NCBI GenBank assembly: GCA_017462485.1
Contig: JAFTRA010000003.1
Location: 859-64,858 of the forward strand
Source: Clostridia bacterium
Lineage (GTDB): Bacteria; Bacillota; Clostridia; Oscillospirales; CAG-272
Direction: 5' to 3'
DNA: 64,000 nucleotides
Position 1 is the first letter of the stretch. Each line of letters starts with the position of its first letter. A model generated the notes under the pieces. It had not been told where the DNA came from, ran no database searches, and was given only the letters and a program-made list of their open reading frames with translations. Shown here piece by piece: positions 38,482 to 48,229 of the stretch. Made by a program: the position numbers and the translations under genes.

Positions 38482-39303
38482 ATGAAAATAATTTTAGGAA
38501 AGGTAATAGCTATCGGTATATACAACTCAGCTCTTGCGGTAAAAAACCGAAGTATTACAAAAAATCGAAGAACTACTATGTTTGAAATTGAGCTGCCTAT
38601 AGAAAGGGGAGGAATATCCTATATAGATTCGGAGTCGGCTGAAATTTCGGATAATATGATAATTTGCGCAAAGCCCGGTCAGATACGGCACACAAAGCTT
38701 CCCTTCAAGTGCTATTACATACACGTAATTATTGACGGTGAGCTATCCGATGCTTTAAACGAGCTTCCAAACTTTATAAAAACCAATAATTATCAAAAAT
38801 ATCACAAAATCTTCGAGAATCTTTGCAAATATTATGACACGAAGCTCGAGACCGACGAAATAATGCTTCAAAGCTTGATTTTGGAGCTTATTTATATGCT
38901 TATAAGAGACTCGGAAAAGCTCTCGCTGTTGTGCGGTGAGAGAAGAGGCTCGGATGGAAAGGTTATAAATGACGCAATAAAATACATCAAGAAAAATCTG
39001 ACCTCGGAGCTATCGCTTAATACCGTTGCGGCGCATTACGGCTTCAGTCCGATTTATTTTCACAGTCTCTTTAAATCCGCCACGGGAAAAACGCTCCGTG
39101 ACTACGTAGAATCCGAGAGAATAAAGAAAGCTGCTAATATGATAATTTCCACCGACTTTACCCTAACCAAAATAGCATACGAATGCGGCTTTTCCTCTCA
39201 ATCCTATTTCAGCTACGCTTTCAAGCGAAGAATGCGGCTTACCCCAAGAGAATACGCAAGGTCGGTATTTGAAAGATATGAGGCAGAGCCTGACGGTAAG
39301 TAA
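38482..39303 (+). CDS. AraC family regulator
   Basis: IAYECGFSSQSYFSYAFK HTH. Consensus TTGACA-17-TATAAT at 38349-38377. Confidence 0.9.
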   Translation: MKIILGKVIAIGIYNSALAVKNRSITKNRRTTMFEIELPIERGGISYIDSESAEISDNMIICAKPGQIRHTKLPFKCYYIHVIIDGELSDALNELPNFIKTNNYQKYHKIFENLCKYYDTKLETDEIMLQSLILELIYMLIRDSEKLSLLCGERRGSDGKVINDAIKYIKKNLTSELSLNTVAAHYGFSPIYFHSLFKSATGKTLRDYVESERIKKAANMIISTDFTLTKIAYECGFSSQSYFSYAFKRRMRLTPREYARSVFERYEAEPDGK

Positions 39304-39372
39304 CGCTTTTTTCTTGACACGGCAAATTAAAGGTGATAGAATAAATTGTATATATAAATATGTAGACAAAAA

Positions 39373-39604
39373 ATGAAACTGACTAATGAACAAATAGCAT
39401 CTGTAAAAGCTCGCGGCTTTTTAAGAAACAGAGGAACGGATAACTTTTCGGGAAGAATCGTTGCCCCCGGGACCGTCTTCACGGCAAAGAATTTTGCCGA
39501 TTTATCCACCCTCGCCGAAAAATTCGGCTCGGTAAGCTTATTGCCACTAGCCGCCTTTGTATAGAAATTCCGGGGATTCCCTTTAAAAAGATTGAGATAA
39601 ACTG
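39373..39604 (+). pseudogene. Frameshifted, truncated N-terminus of a nitrite/sulfite-reductase-like (AsrC-type) Fe-S protein
   Basis: VKARGFL..NFSGRIVAPG..AEKFGS, then continuing in another frame as GKLIATSRLCIEIPGIPF before a stop. Confidence 0.65.
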
Positions 39605-39814
39605 ATGTCACAGGCGGTAGCTGTCCCGGAAGAAGTACGATATAAGCTGTGCGATATGGGATATTACAACGACGCTATGAAGGGTTACTTAATAGCGGGT
39701 ATGCGTCGAATGGGATTCTCAGAGATCGAGATACGAAAAGCTGTCCTCGGAATGATGTCGGCACACGACGAACTGACTGCTGAGGAAGCGGAGAAGGTAT
39801 ATACGGAGGGGTGA
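39605..39814 (+). CDS. Small hypothetical protein or fragment, phage/ICE-like
   Basis: 69-aa ORF (NDAMKGYLIAGM...DELTAEEAEKVY) with a GGAGG RBS coupling it to the next ORF. Confidence 0.5.
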   Translation: MSQAVAVPEEVRYKLCDMGYYNDAMKGYLIAGMRRMGFSEIEIRKAVLGMMSAHDELTAEEAEKVYTEG

Positions 39815-39815
39815 T

Positions 39816-39966
39816 ATGAAGAAATTTTTAATATTGATAATGATTCTTATAGGAATGATGCTGTTCGGCTGCGGTGAGGAAGCAGAGAACACGGAAAACG
39901 TAGAAGACGTAGTAGAACCCACCCCCCGCGCCTGTCGTAGAGAAATTCACGGTAACGTTCGACTCA
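39816..39966 (+). pseudogene. Lipoprotein N-terminal fragment
   Basis: Lipobox LFGC. Apparent frameshift in a C6 run at 39922-39927, continuing PVVEKFTVTFDS. Confidence 0.5.
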
Positions 39967-40596
39967 TTCAACTACAGCGACCTTGCCCTGACAGGTGACC
40001 ACATAAACCCTATGGTAAATACCGGAGCTATCGCCCTTTGCACACTTATTGAGGGAGAAACCTTTGACGTAAAATTTTCAAGGCTTCTCGCCCTTACGAG
40101 AAAGCTCGCGGAGAACGACGGAATAGAGCTTGATGAGGCAGTATATTTATCCGAAAAGATGACGGGAAACAAAAACCGAGCTCTTGCGTATCTTCTTAAG
40201 GCTTACGGTATGATAAGCTGCGATGCAGAGGACGTAGTTGACCTTTACTTCCGCGCCTGCTCGATAAGCGTTGACTCTCTCGACCTTGCGAAAATTGCTC
40301 TGATTTTCGCAAACGGCGGCAAAAACAAAAAGGGCGAGCAGGTATTCCCAAAAGAATACTCGAAATATATCAACGCAATTCTCACGATATGCGGTATGTA
40401 CGACGGCTCGGGAGAATTTGCGCTGAACGTTGGAATTCCCGCAAAGAGCGGAGTCAGCGGCGGAATTATGGCGGTTGTTCCGGGTAAATTCGGCATAGGA
40501 GTTTATTCGCCCGCACTTAATGCCAAGGGTAACAGCTGCGCCGGAATCAAGGCGCTTGAGCGCTTAAGCAACGAACTTAAGCTAAGCATTTTTTAG
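39958..40596 (+). pseudogene. glsA: Glutaminase A, C-terminal ~2/3 only
   Basis: NPMVNTGAI, VYLSE, CGMYDGSGEFA, PAKSGVSGG, GNS present. The N-terminal part with the catalytic S-x-x-K is absent. Confidence 0.85.
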
Positions 40597-40638
40597 TAGC
40601 GTATATACTTAAATCACAGCTCCGAAAGAAGATAAATT

Positions 40639-41328
40639 ATGTACCTTTACGAAACACACCTGCACACGTATCCCGTAAGCAAATGCGCCGTAGCAAGCGT
40701 AAGAGAAAGCGTTGAGTTTTACAAAAAACTCGGATATACGGGAATATTCATCACCAATCATTTTCTTGACGGCAATATCAATCTCGACCCTTCTCTTTCT
40801 TACGAAGAGAAAATAAACTTTTATTTTTCCGACTATGAAGAAGCCGTCAGGGTTGGAGAAGAACTTGGTATCTCGGTATTTTTAGGTCACGAGCTATCAG
40901 TTGGCGGAACTGATTTTTTAGTTTACGGACTAGATAAGGCGTGGTTTCTCGCACATCCCGAAATTATGGATATGAAAAAAAGCGAGGAGCTTACTTTTAT
41001 GGCAAGCCACGGTGCGCTTATTATACAGGCGCATCCGTTCAGAGAAGCACGGTACATAGACCATATAAGACTTTTTCCGAGGCGCGTTCACGGAGTTGAA
41101 ACCTTCAATGCGTGCAGAACCGATTTCGAAAACGCAAGAGCTAAGGAATACGCAAAGAGTTATTCTCTTATCTCATTTGCGGGCACGGACAATCATTTCG
41201 GTGCCAAAAGCGGAAGGCTCGGCGGTATGAAATCAAAATCTCCGATTCTTGACGAAGAGGATTTCGTTCGCCGTGTAAAGCTTGGGGAAATGACCCCGTT
41301 CAAAAGAACTCTTAAGCAAGACTCTTAA
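40639..41328 (+). CDS. PHP-domain phosphoesterase
   Basis: ETHLHT, ITNH, QAHPFR, GTDNH. Confidence 0.88.
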   Translation: MYLYETHLHTYPVSKCAVASVRESVEFYKKLGYTGIFITNHFLDGNINLDPSLSYEEKINFYFSDYEEAVRVGEELGISVFLGHELSVGGTDFLVYGLDKAWFLAHPEIMDMKKSEELTFMASHGALIIQAHPFREARYIDHIRLFPRRVHGVETFNACRTDFENARAKEYAKSYSLISFAGTDNHFGAKSGRLGGMKSKSPILDEEDFVRRVKLGEMTPFKRTLKQDS

Positions 41329-41355
41329 AAAGAAAACGCAGAAAGGATAATAGAA

Positions 41356-41715
41356 ATGAAAGACTTGTTTGATGCGTCGGAAATAAAGGAATCGGCAAAA
41401 AAGCGTACTCTTCTCTTCATTTCGGTAGGCTCTCTTATACTTAATCTTCTGGTATTTGCTCTTGCTATACCCGAGACCCGTGTGATTTCTCTCGTGCTTG
41501 CCGGAGCATTTCTCATCTATATCCCGATAGGACTTTTCGAAAAGGAAAGCAACCTCGTTACCTATCTCACAAGAGCTCTTGAAATCACAGTCTCGCTTTC
41601 CCTTACGATTGCGTATATAATTCTCTTTAAAAAATATTTTCTTCTGTTTCTTCCCGTAATCGAAATAGCAACGCCTATTCTGCTTTATTTTCTCGTTTTT
41701 AAAAGACGTAAATAA
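41356..41715 (+). CDS. Small membrane protein
   Basis: AAAGGA RBS; about four hydrophobic segments. Confidence 0.7.
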   Translation: MKDLFDASEIKESAKKRTLLFISVGSLILNLLVFALAIPETRVISLVLAGAFLIYIPIGLFEKESNLVTYLTRALEITVSLSLTIAYIILFKKYFLLFLPVIEIATPILLYFLVFKRRK

Positions 41716-41805
41716 CGGGGCTTAAAACTATTCAACTCGGAATAAAGAAAGCACTTGCGGTAAATTAAACTCGCAAGTGCTTCTTGTTTTTATATCACTT
41801 ATTCT

Positions 41806-42783
41806 TTATCTCTGATTATTTATCACTGACGACTCCCTAAGCTTCAGCTCGGCTTCTATAACGATATTTTTTCTGCAGGGTTTTGAAAAAATTCTGTTTA
41901 TAATCATATCAACGGCAGAATCCGCACATTCACTGTGCATCACGTTAATAGAAGATAGAGACGGAACCATATATTTTGACTCCGCATTGTTGTCATAACC
42001 AACGACGGCAACGTCATCCGGAACTCTTAATCCGAAATCCTTAAGGCATCTTATAGCTCCGATAGCCACGTTGTCGTATCCGCATATCACGGCTCTGGGA
42101 ACGTTTCCCGACTCCACAAGGCACTTCATTGCATCGTATCCACCCTCTTCAAATCGAGCCTCGCCGACCGAAATATATCTTTCCTCAAATCCGCCGTATA
42201 TTTTACTCATTACTTCCTTGAAGGCGTAAAACTTTCTTTCGGTTTTCTTTTCGGAAACAAAGCCAACGCTCTGAACACCGTTTTCCTTAAAATGCTTAAC
42301 GGCATCTACAAGTGCATTTTCCGTATCAATCTCTACGTGATGCATTCCTTCGGGGCAATCCCCCACTCCGCAAATAACAACGCAAGGAACAACATGATCT
42401 TCATCATTCGACTCGTACTTACCTATAACTATAATGCCATCAACGTCAGTATATTTTGAATAGTAGTCGTAAAGCTTATTGTTTTCACCGGGTAAAAATC
42501 CAGCAGCCGCAACCGTCATTGAGCAGCCTCTTTTCTCAAGAGCCTTTTGAATTTCAGCAAGCAAGGGACCGTAACTGCGGCTCTGGAATTCAGGCACGAC
42601 TACACCGATAACGAGTCCTGGATATTTTACGTTATAAAATTTTTTGAAAGCGCCGTGCTCCTTTGCTATAGAAAAAATCCGATTTCGCGTTTCCTCGTTT
42701 ACCTCATGGCTTCCCGAAAAAGCCTTTGACGCAGTAGATACGGACACGTTTGCAAGCTTTGCGAGCTTTGAAAGAGTTATCAT
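41806..42783 (-). CDS. LacI family regulator
   Basis: TLSKLAKLANVSVSTASKA HTH; VPDDVAVVGYDN. Confidence 0.93.
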   Translation of the reverse strand: MITLSKLAKLANVSVSTASKAFSGSHEVNEETRNRIFSIAKEHGAFKKFYNVKYPGLVIGVVVPEFQSRSYGPLLAEIQKALEKRGCSMTVAAAGFLPGENNKLYDYYSKYTDVDGIIVIGKYESNDEDHVVPCVVICGVGDCPEGMHHVEIDTENALVDAVKHFKENGVQSVGFVSEKKTERKFYAFKEVMSKIYGGFEERYISVGEARFEEGGYDAMKCLVESGNVPRAVICGYDNVAIGAIRCLKDFGLRVPDDVAVVGYDNNAESKYMVPSLSSINVMHSECADSAVDMIINRIFSKPCRKNIVIEAELKLRESSVINNQR

Positions 42784-42978
42784 TTCGCTTCACCTCGAAC
42801 AATTGTCATCTAAATATTATCACACGCGTGCGTGAAAAACAAGTCCTTTTGCCGTTTTTGTCCGTCGAAAAACAATTTCGAAAATTTTTCGATAACCGTA
42901 AGATTGATATTTTTAAAAACCGTGCTAAAATGGATTTAGATTAAAAGGTATCTTCAAAAAACGCAAAGGACATATATT

Positions 42979-44268
42979 ATGAACGAAATCTTATCTAAAA
43001 CCACAGAAAACGATATTTACAAAAAAAGCCGACTGTTTTACATAATTGAAGCAGCGGTAGAGTATTTTCTCGCGACCTTCGTTGCAGGTGCGTATCTTGC
43101 AAAAATGACAAGTGCTATAGGAATGTCTGACGGACTTACCGGTATAATTACCTCGTTTGTTTCGCTCGGATTCGGATTCCAGATATTTGCGCTTTTCCTT
43201 GCGGGGAAAAAGCCGATAAAGCCGTTTATCATCGTGATGAACCTCATAACTCAGCTCTTCTTCACCTTCCTTTACGTCATTCCGATTATAGATATCAGCG
43301 CAACTGTTAAGACTGTCATTTTCATTATCCTGTTTCTTTCCGGCGAGATAATCAAAAACATTATCTACTCCCCGAAGTTCGCTTGGGAGATGGGCATAGT
43401 TGACGACCACAAGAGAGGCTCTTTTACTGCGACAAAGGAAATGGTTTCTCTTCTTTCAGGCATAGTAATTTCGGTTACTATGGGAAATTTTATCGACAGA
43501 CTTGAGGCGGCAGGCAACCAAAGAGGCGCATTTATTCTCGGTGGAATAACGATGTTTGCTCTCACCGCTATACATACGACTCTCCTGATTCTCATAAAAG
43601 AAAAGCCCGAAAAGGTGGAAAACGAGCCAATCGGTCTTCTGATAAAGAATTCGGTAACCGACAAAAAGCTTCTCGTGCTCATTCCCCTCTTTGTCTTCTG
43701 GAATATAGCGACCTACGCCACCACCCCCTTCTACGGAACCTATCAGCTAAACGACCTCGGTATGAATATGACGACGGTCACCGTGATTGCATCTCTCGGT
43801 GCTATCGTAAGAGCCTGCGTTTCCAGACCTATGGGAAGACTCGCGGATAAGCGCTCATTTGTAACCTCGCTGAATCTTTGCTTCATTATATCCCTGTTTG
43901 CGTTTGTTGCCAATATCTTTGCGGGAGTTGCTTTCTATACCGTTCACATGATATTATACTCAATATCTATGGCGGGAATCAACAGCGGTATAGTCAACCT
44001 CGTTTATGATTTCGTTCCGAGAAGCAGACGTACGAGTGCTCTCGCGGTTAAAAACACCGTGGTAGGCTTTGCCGGATTCTTTACCACTCTTGCGGCAAGT
44101 CCTCTTGTTGAGTATATTCAGAAAAGCGGAAACAAATTTCTATTCTTTGAGCACATATACGCACAACAGATTCTCTCTGCATTCTCCGTTATTATGATAA
44201 TAATTTGCATAGTATATCTTAATCTGGTAGTTAAGCCCGCAAAACCCACGCTTGATTATGAAGAATAG
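42979..44268 (+). CDS. MFS transporter
   Basis: About 12 TM segments; GRLADK motif. Confidence 0.88.
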   Translation: MNEILSKTTENDIYKKSRLFYIIEAAVEYFLATFVAGAYLAKMTSAIGMSDGLTGIITSFVSLGFGFQIFALFLAGKKPIKPFIIVMNLITQLFFTFLYVIPIIDISATVKTVIFIILFLSGEIIKNIIYSPKFAWEMGIVDDHKRGSFTATKEMVSLLSGIVISVTMGNFIDRLEAAGNQRGAFILGGITMFALTAIHTTLLILIKEKPEKVENEPIGLLIKNSVTDKKLLVLIPLFVFWNIATYATTPFYGTYQLNDLGMNMTTVTVIASLGAIVRACVSRPMGRLADKRSFVTSLNLCFIISLFAFVANIFAGVAFYTVHMILYSISMAGINSGIVNLVYDFVPRSRRTSALAVKNTVVGFAGFFTTLAASPLVEYIQKSGNKFLFFEHIYAQQILSAFSVIMIIICIVYLNLVVKPAKPTLDYEE

Positions 44269-44381
44269 TAAAAACTCATAAAACAAAAAAAGACGGACGT
44301 AGCATTTTTATCTTGCTATGTCCGTCTTTTTTTGCTCTAAATCTTAAAAATATTAATTACAAAATCAATTATTATTCCAAA

Positions 44382-44621
44382 TTAAACCAGCTCGTCAATA
44401 CTAACGCTGAAAATCTCTGAAAAGGCTTTAAGCTCAATGTCGGTAACAAATCTTTTACCGCACTCAATTCTCTGAATCGCATTTTTATCAACGTCAATAC
44501 CGATAAGCTGCATTTTATCGGCTAGCGCTCTCTGCGAGAGCTTTGACGGATAGGTTAAACGAAGCTCGCGAATCTTTTCACCGCAAAGATTGTTTCTGCC
44601 ATCGTTCTTGTTTTTGAACAT
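44382..44621 (-). CDS. XRE family HTH regulator
   Basis: NLCGEKIRELR..LSQRALA..RIECGKRFV. Confidence 0.9.
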   Translation of the reverse strand: MFKNKNDGRNNLCGEKIRELRLTYPSKLSQRALADKMQLIGIDVDKNAIQRIECGKRFVTDIELKAFSEIFSVSIDELV

Positions 44622-44634
44622 AATTTTACCTCTT

Positions 44635-44705
44635 TTGACATTCAGTGATTGACAAATTTATTATATTGTGTTATAATGGCATTGTTGACACGCAGTGAAT
44701 GTCAA
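44635..44705. promoter_or_regulatory. Promoter flanked by repeated operator-like sites between the XRE and AbrB genes
   Basis: TTGACA(44649-44654)-17-TATAAT(44672-44677). TTGACAnnCAGTGA direct repeat at 44635 and 44685; TTGACATTCA/TGAATGTCAA inverted repeat. Confidence 0.7.
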
Positions 44706-44740
44706 TATTCTTTTTTAACTCAGAAAGTAAGGTATAAAAT

Positions 44741-44911
44741 ATGAATATAGGAATTATTAAAGAAATAGACAGTATGGGAAGAATCGTGATTCCAAAGGAT
44801 TACAGAGAGCGCTTACTTCTCGACAAGAACGTTGAGGTTATTCTGACGAAGGACGGGATTTTGATTCGCAATCCAAAATACGAGCTGGTAGAAAAAGAGG
44901 ATAATCTTTGA
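44741..44911 (+). CDS. AbrB/MazE/SpoVT family DNA-binding protein (56 aa, not in the ORF track)
   Basis: MNIGIIKEIDSMGRIVIPKDYRERL carries the AbrB signature D..GRIVIPK..R. Confidence 0.88.
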   Translation: MNIGIIKEIDSMGRIVIPKDYRERLLLDKNVEVILTKDGILIRNPKYELVEKEDNL

Positions 44912-45059
44912 TTTTACTACAAAAAAAGCACTTGTGGCAATTTTTAGTCGCAAGTGCTTTCTTTATTCTTCTGTCCGTGCCTGTCTGAAAGCGAAAATTC
45001 AGACTTTGGACTGTATTTATTATTCGGCTAACGGCAACTCGAATACGATTCGGTTGCTA

Positions 45060-46148
45060 TCAGGCATTCATAAGCTTCAGCTTTTTTATAATTTTATCCG
45101 CTATTCGCTTCATTCCGAGGTCACCGGGGTGGGTTACCCAGGTTTCCTTTACCTCACAAAGCTTCCCCTCTTTTACGTTGTAATAGTACTTCTGGTTATG
45201 CGCCTCTGTTTCTTTTGAGCGGCAGGAATTTATGTATATTCTTTCGATTCCCCACCTCTCGCAAAGTTTTTCAATATGAGCGTCAGCAGCGGCCTTTTTG
45301 TACCAGCCGTAAATCCATATAATTCTGGCTCTCGGGCAGGCTGTTTTTATTCTCTCGATAAAGATATCGGCGCTCGTTTTGAAAAACTCAGTCTTTGCGT
45401 CGGTATTGACGTTATCTCCAAGCTGAATAAAGATGAGATCAAGATCGTTGGTAAGCTTCGACTCCGCAGAGCTCTGCTTGCCGTCAAGCGAGGCAGACTC
45501 GTAATACCACTTATCAAAGGTCTCCATATTCTCGGAATGCTCGAAGTTGGAGCCCCAAAGCTTATCAAATTCGCAGCACGGGTTATACTCTTTTATATGA
45601 GACGTCACGTAATGGAAGTAATCCTTATCGGGTGCGGAGGAACACATTCCGTAAGCGCCCATGCCGAAAACGAGAGAATTCCCTATGAAAAGCGCCTTTT
45701 TCGGAACTCTCGGTATCTCGACTCTTTCACCGTTAATATCGGTTACGTAGGATATGGGACTGCCGTCTTTGTCTATGCCCGTATTATCAATAGAATCACA
45801 ATCAATATCGCACACGTCCGACGTCATATCGAAAATAGTAAGCTCATCAAAGCTTAACACGCCCCCTGCCGTCTCAAGAACTGCGGCGAACTCGACAGCT
45901 CCCCGATATACAGCATAGCTTATCGGGTCAAAGCTGTATTCATAGCTCTTTCTGAAAACGTTCTCTTTATAAATTTCGGTCGTATTCCCGTCCTTGTCAA
46001 AAGAAAGAAGCGTAAATGAAACTTCATTTTCTTCGTAAAGCTTAAGTTCAACCGTAACCGTATCGGCAATTGACGTAAATCTTTCCGTTTCAAATTTTGC
46101 GCCTGTTTTTACGTTCTGTTTTTTAAGTATTATCCTGTTTTCAGCCAT
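45060..46148 (-). CDS. SGNH/GDSL hydrolase with an extra N-terminal domain
   Basis: FIGNSL, QLGDN, THPGDLGM. Confidence 0.85.
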   Translation of the reverse strand: MAENRIILKKQNVKTGAKFETERFTSIADTVTVELKLYEENEVSFTLLSFDKDGNTTEIYKENVFRKSYEYSFDPISYAVYRGAVEFAAVLETAGGVLSFDELTIFDMTSDVCDIDCDSIDNTGIDKDGSPISYVTDINGERVEIPRVPKKALFIGNSLVFGMGAYGMCSSAPDKDYFHYVTSHIKEYNPCCEFDKLWGSNFEHSENMETFDKWYYESASLDGKQSSAESKLTNDLDLIFIQLGDNVNTDAKTEFFKTSADIFIERIKTACPRARIIWIYGWYKKAAADAHIEKLCERWGIERIYINSCRSKETEAHNQKYYYNVKEGKLCEVKETWVTHPGDLGMKRIADKIIKKLKLMNA

Positions 46149-46454
46149 AATTACACCTAATATGTAAATAATTATTCACTTAAATAGACTTTTATCGTTT
46201 TGGTCTTTTAAATCAAGACGGGTTTCTCTCTCGGCAAAAGGATATAAAAGTTTAGTAAGTGTTCTTATATTCATATTTTACCACAACTCCCAGAAGAATG
46301 CAATATATTTCACCCGAATTTTAAAGTTTTAATTCTCTCACACAAAATATTGACTATTTTGCCGTTATCTGCTATAATACTTTTTAAATAAAGACTTCAC
46401 GCTACAATTTTGATTGTATCAAAATTTCGTTTTACAGCACAAAAGGAGAGAGCT

Positions 46455-47345
46455 ATGGAAAAAAACAATCTTAAGGGCTGGCTGTATCTTTTGCCGGCGG
46501 CATTGTTCCTCGGTGTATTTATGATATATCCTTTGATTGACGTATTCGTATATTCCTTTGAGGAGGGGTATAATTCCGCATCGCAAACCTTCTTCGGCGT
46601 AGGATTATACAACTACTCTTACGTTCTCCACGACCCATATTTTCTTCAAGCGCTGAAAAACACGTTTATACTCGTTATAATCACCGTTCCTCTCTCCACT
46701 CTTATAGCGCTCGGTATATCCGTGGGGCTCGCTTCGATAGAGAAGCTTCGTCACCTTTTCCAGACTATATTCTTTCTCCCCTACGTAACGAATACGCTTG
46801 CGGTAGGTCTTGTCTTTATGATACTATTTGCGAAAACCGAGTACACCGACGGACTTGTCAATATCATACTCGGCATCTTCGGAATGGAGCCGATAGACTT
46901 TATTGAGGGCTCGTATGCCGCTAAAATGTTCGTGCTTTGCTTCTACACGGTATGGATAGTTCTCCCCTTTAAAATACTTATTCTAACAAGCGCTCTCGCC
47001 TCGGTAAAGCAGGATTACTACAATGCGGCTATGATTGATGGCACTCCCAGATGGCGAGTATTCCTCAAAATAACGCTTCCCATGATTTCGCCTATGCTAT
47101 TCTATCTTGTTATAACCGGATTTATCGGAGCATTTAAGGCGTATAGTGATGCTGTCGCAATATTCGGCACGGAGCTTAACGTTGCCGAAATGAACACGAT
47201 AGTGGGATATATTTACGATATGCTCTACGGAGACGGAGGCGGTTATCCCTCTTATGCGTCCGCAGCGGCAATTATACTCTTCGTTATAGTGCTGACGATA
47301 ACGTCGATAAACCTACTCGTGAGCAAGAAGCACGTTCATTACTGA
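46455..47345 (+). CDS. Carbohydrate (CUT1) ABC transporter permease
   Basis: EAA-like YYNAAMIDG loop; AAGGAG RBS; TTGACT-17-TATAAT promoter at 46350-46378. Confidence 0.92.
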   Translation: MEKNNLKGWLYLLPAALFLGVFMIYPLIDVFVYSFEEGYNSASQTFFGVGLYNYSYVLHDPYFLQALKNTFILVIITVPLSTLIALGISVGLASIEKLRHLFQTIFFLPYVTNTLAVGLVFMILFAKTEYTDGLVNIILGIFGMEPIDFIEGSYAAKMFVLCFYTVWIVLPFKILILTSALASVKQDYYNAAMIDGTPRWRVFLKITLPMISPMLFYLVITGFIGAFKAYSDAVAIFGTELNVAEMNTIVGYIYDMLYGDGGGYPSYASAAAIILFVIVLTITSINLLVSKKHVHY

Positions 47346-47359
47346 TAAGGAGGAGCAAA

Positions 47360-48229
47360 ATGGAAAACAGTTTGCAAAGCAAGCATAAAAACACCAAAAT
47401 CCGCAAAAAGACAATAAAAGCTCTTACCTACACCGCTCTCGGTATCTGGGCGCTGATCGTGCTTTTCCCGTTCTATTGGATGATACTCACGTCTATCAAG
47501 AGCTATGGCTCGTACAATGCGGAGAGCACCCCTGCTTTCGTACCTACCGACCCGACCTTCGATAACTATATCACGGCGTTTACTAGCGTCCCTCTCCTTG
47601 ATTATTTTATAAACACCCTGATTTTCACGCTCGCTACGACGGCTCTTATGCTCGTGGTTACGGTTCTTGCGGCATTCGCATTTGCGAGAATCAATTTTAA
47701 GGGTAAAAACATCGCGTTCACCATATTTCTCTCTCTTATGATGATACCGTCGGAGCTCGTCGTTATAACGAACTTCGTCACGATAACCAATATGGATATG
47801 CGTAACACGTTTATGGGACTTATTCTTCCGTCGGTTACGTCGGTGTTCTACATTTATCTTCTTAAAGAAAACTTTGCCTCGATACCCGACGAGCTTTACT
47901 ACGCCGCAAAGGTTGACGGCACCTCGGATATCAAGTATCTTCTTAAAGTAATGGTGCCTATGTGCAAGCCCACGATAATCACCGTTACTATTCTTAAAAT
48001 AATCGAGTGCTGGAACTCTTACGTATGGCCAAGGCTCATTACCGACGATGAGGCGTACTACCTCGTCTCAAACGGAATTCAAGCGATACGCGAGGGCGGC
48101 TTCGGCCGTGAAAATATTCCCGCTATGATGGCGGCTGTCACGGTAATATCCATACCGCTCATAATACTATTCCTCGTTTTCAGAAAGAAAATTATGGAAG
48201 GCGTTGCGAGAGGAGGTACAAAGGGATGA
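47360..48229 (+). CDS. Carbohydrate (CUT1) ABC transporter permease
   Basis: IPDELYYAAKVDG, WNSYVWP. Confidence 0.92.
   Translation: MENSLQSKHKNTKIRKKTIKALTYTALGIWALIVLFPFYWMILTSIKSYGSYNAESTPAFVPTDPTFDNYITAFTSVPLLDYFINTLIFTLATTALMLVVTVLAAFAFARINFKGKNIAFTIFLSLMMIPSELVVITNFVTITNMDMRNTFMGLILPSVTSVFYIYLLKENFASIPDELYYAAKVDGTSDIKYLLKVMVPMCKPTIITVTILKIIECWNSYVWPRLITDDEAYYLVSNGIQAIREGGFGRENIPAMMAAVTVISIPLIILFLVFRKKIMEGVARGGTKG

Noticed and set aside
46177-46275. 32-aa minus-strand ORF (MNIRTLTKLLYPFAERE...) upstream of the SGNH gene
   Set aside because: Weak RBS, no motif, and it does not match the YxxP peptide family; insufficient support.
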